From assembly GCA_030613835.1 (NCBI GenBank), contig JAUWLH010000002.1, positions 1-36,522 on the forward strand: a stretch of DNA of 36,522 nt, written 5' to 3'. Both the position numbers and the translations under genes were made by a program. Source of the stretch: Candidatus Bathyarchaeota archaeon (lineage in GTDB: Archaea; Thermoproteota; Bathyarchaeia; TCS64). Position 1 is the stretch's first letter. Each line of letters begins with the position of its first letter. The notes below the pieces were generated by a model. It saw only the letters and a list, made by a program, of their open reading frames with translations, had not been told where the DNA came from and ran no database searches. Of this stretch, positions 36,291 to 36,522 are shown one piece after another.

Positions 36291-36522
36291 CGAGGTTAAC
36301 CATTCCTTAACCAGTTTACAATAAACAAGGAACCACGGTTCTGAATATGTTGCAATATTCAGATTGGATCCATTAATGAATACGTTAAAACGGTGAAGAA
36401 GTTTGGTCCAAGTTACCGAGGACTTGAACAGGGTCATATTTAATAAAAATCCCTTGTTTAGATGTTGATTCAATCCATGGGTCATTGGGTTACGTTTATT
36501 CTGGGTGAGGGAGCTGATTGAA

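Overview
This is an archaeal chromosomal window, most likely from a TACK-group archaeon. Bathyarchaeia-like is my inference from the uL15 and EF-2 N-termini and from gene context; it is not verified. About 14.5-28.1 kb is the conserved S10/spc ribosomal-protein cluster on the minus strand, running from uL3 to uL15 and secY and including the RNase P subunit Rpp29. The left arm carries an M16 peptidase fragment, a double winged-helix protein, glyoxylate reductase, threonine catabolism genes (tdh/kbl), nucS, an MBL hydrolase, an unannotated 56-aa C2H2 zinc-finger gene, an MFS transporter, topA, a tRNA-splicing endonuclease subunit, hisS and AlaX. The right arm carries an HflX-GTPase/endonuclease III fusion, a clan GH-A glycosidase, GrpB, a Toprim protein, glycerate kinase, EF-2 and an MCM remnant. 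The standout is the single 616-aa ORF that joins a ribosome-splitting HflX GTPase to an Nth-type glycosylase/AP-lyase with a His-substituted Fe-S motif, directly upstream of the ribosomal-protein cluster. Other notable items are a ~265-aa repetitive acidic tail on uS3, a probable CTG start for Rpp29, a dispersed 42-bp repeat and a small MITE-like element. No rRNA, tRNA or CRISPR array was seen.
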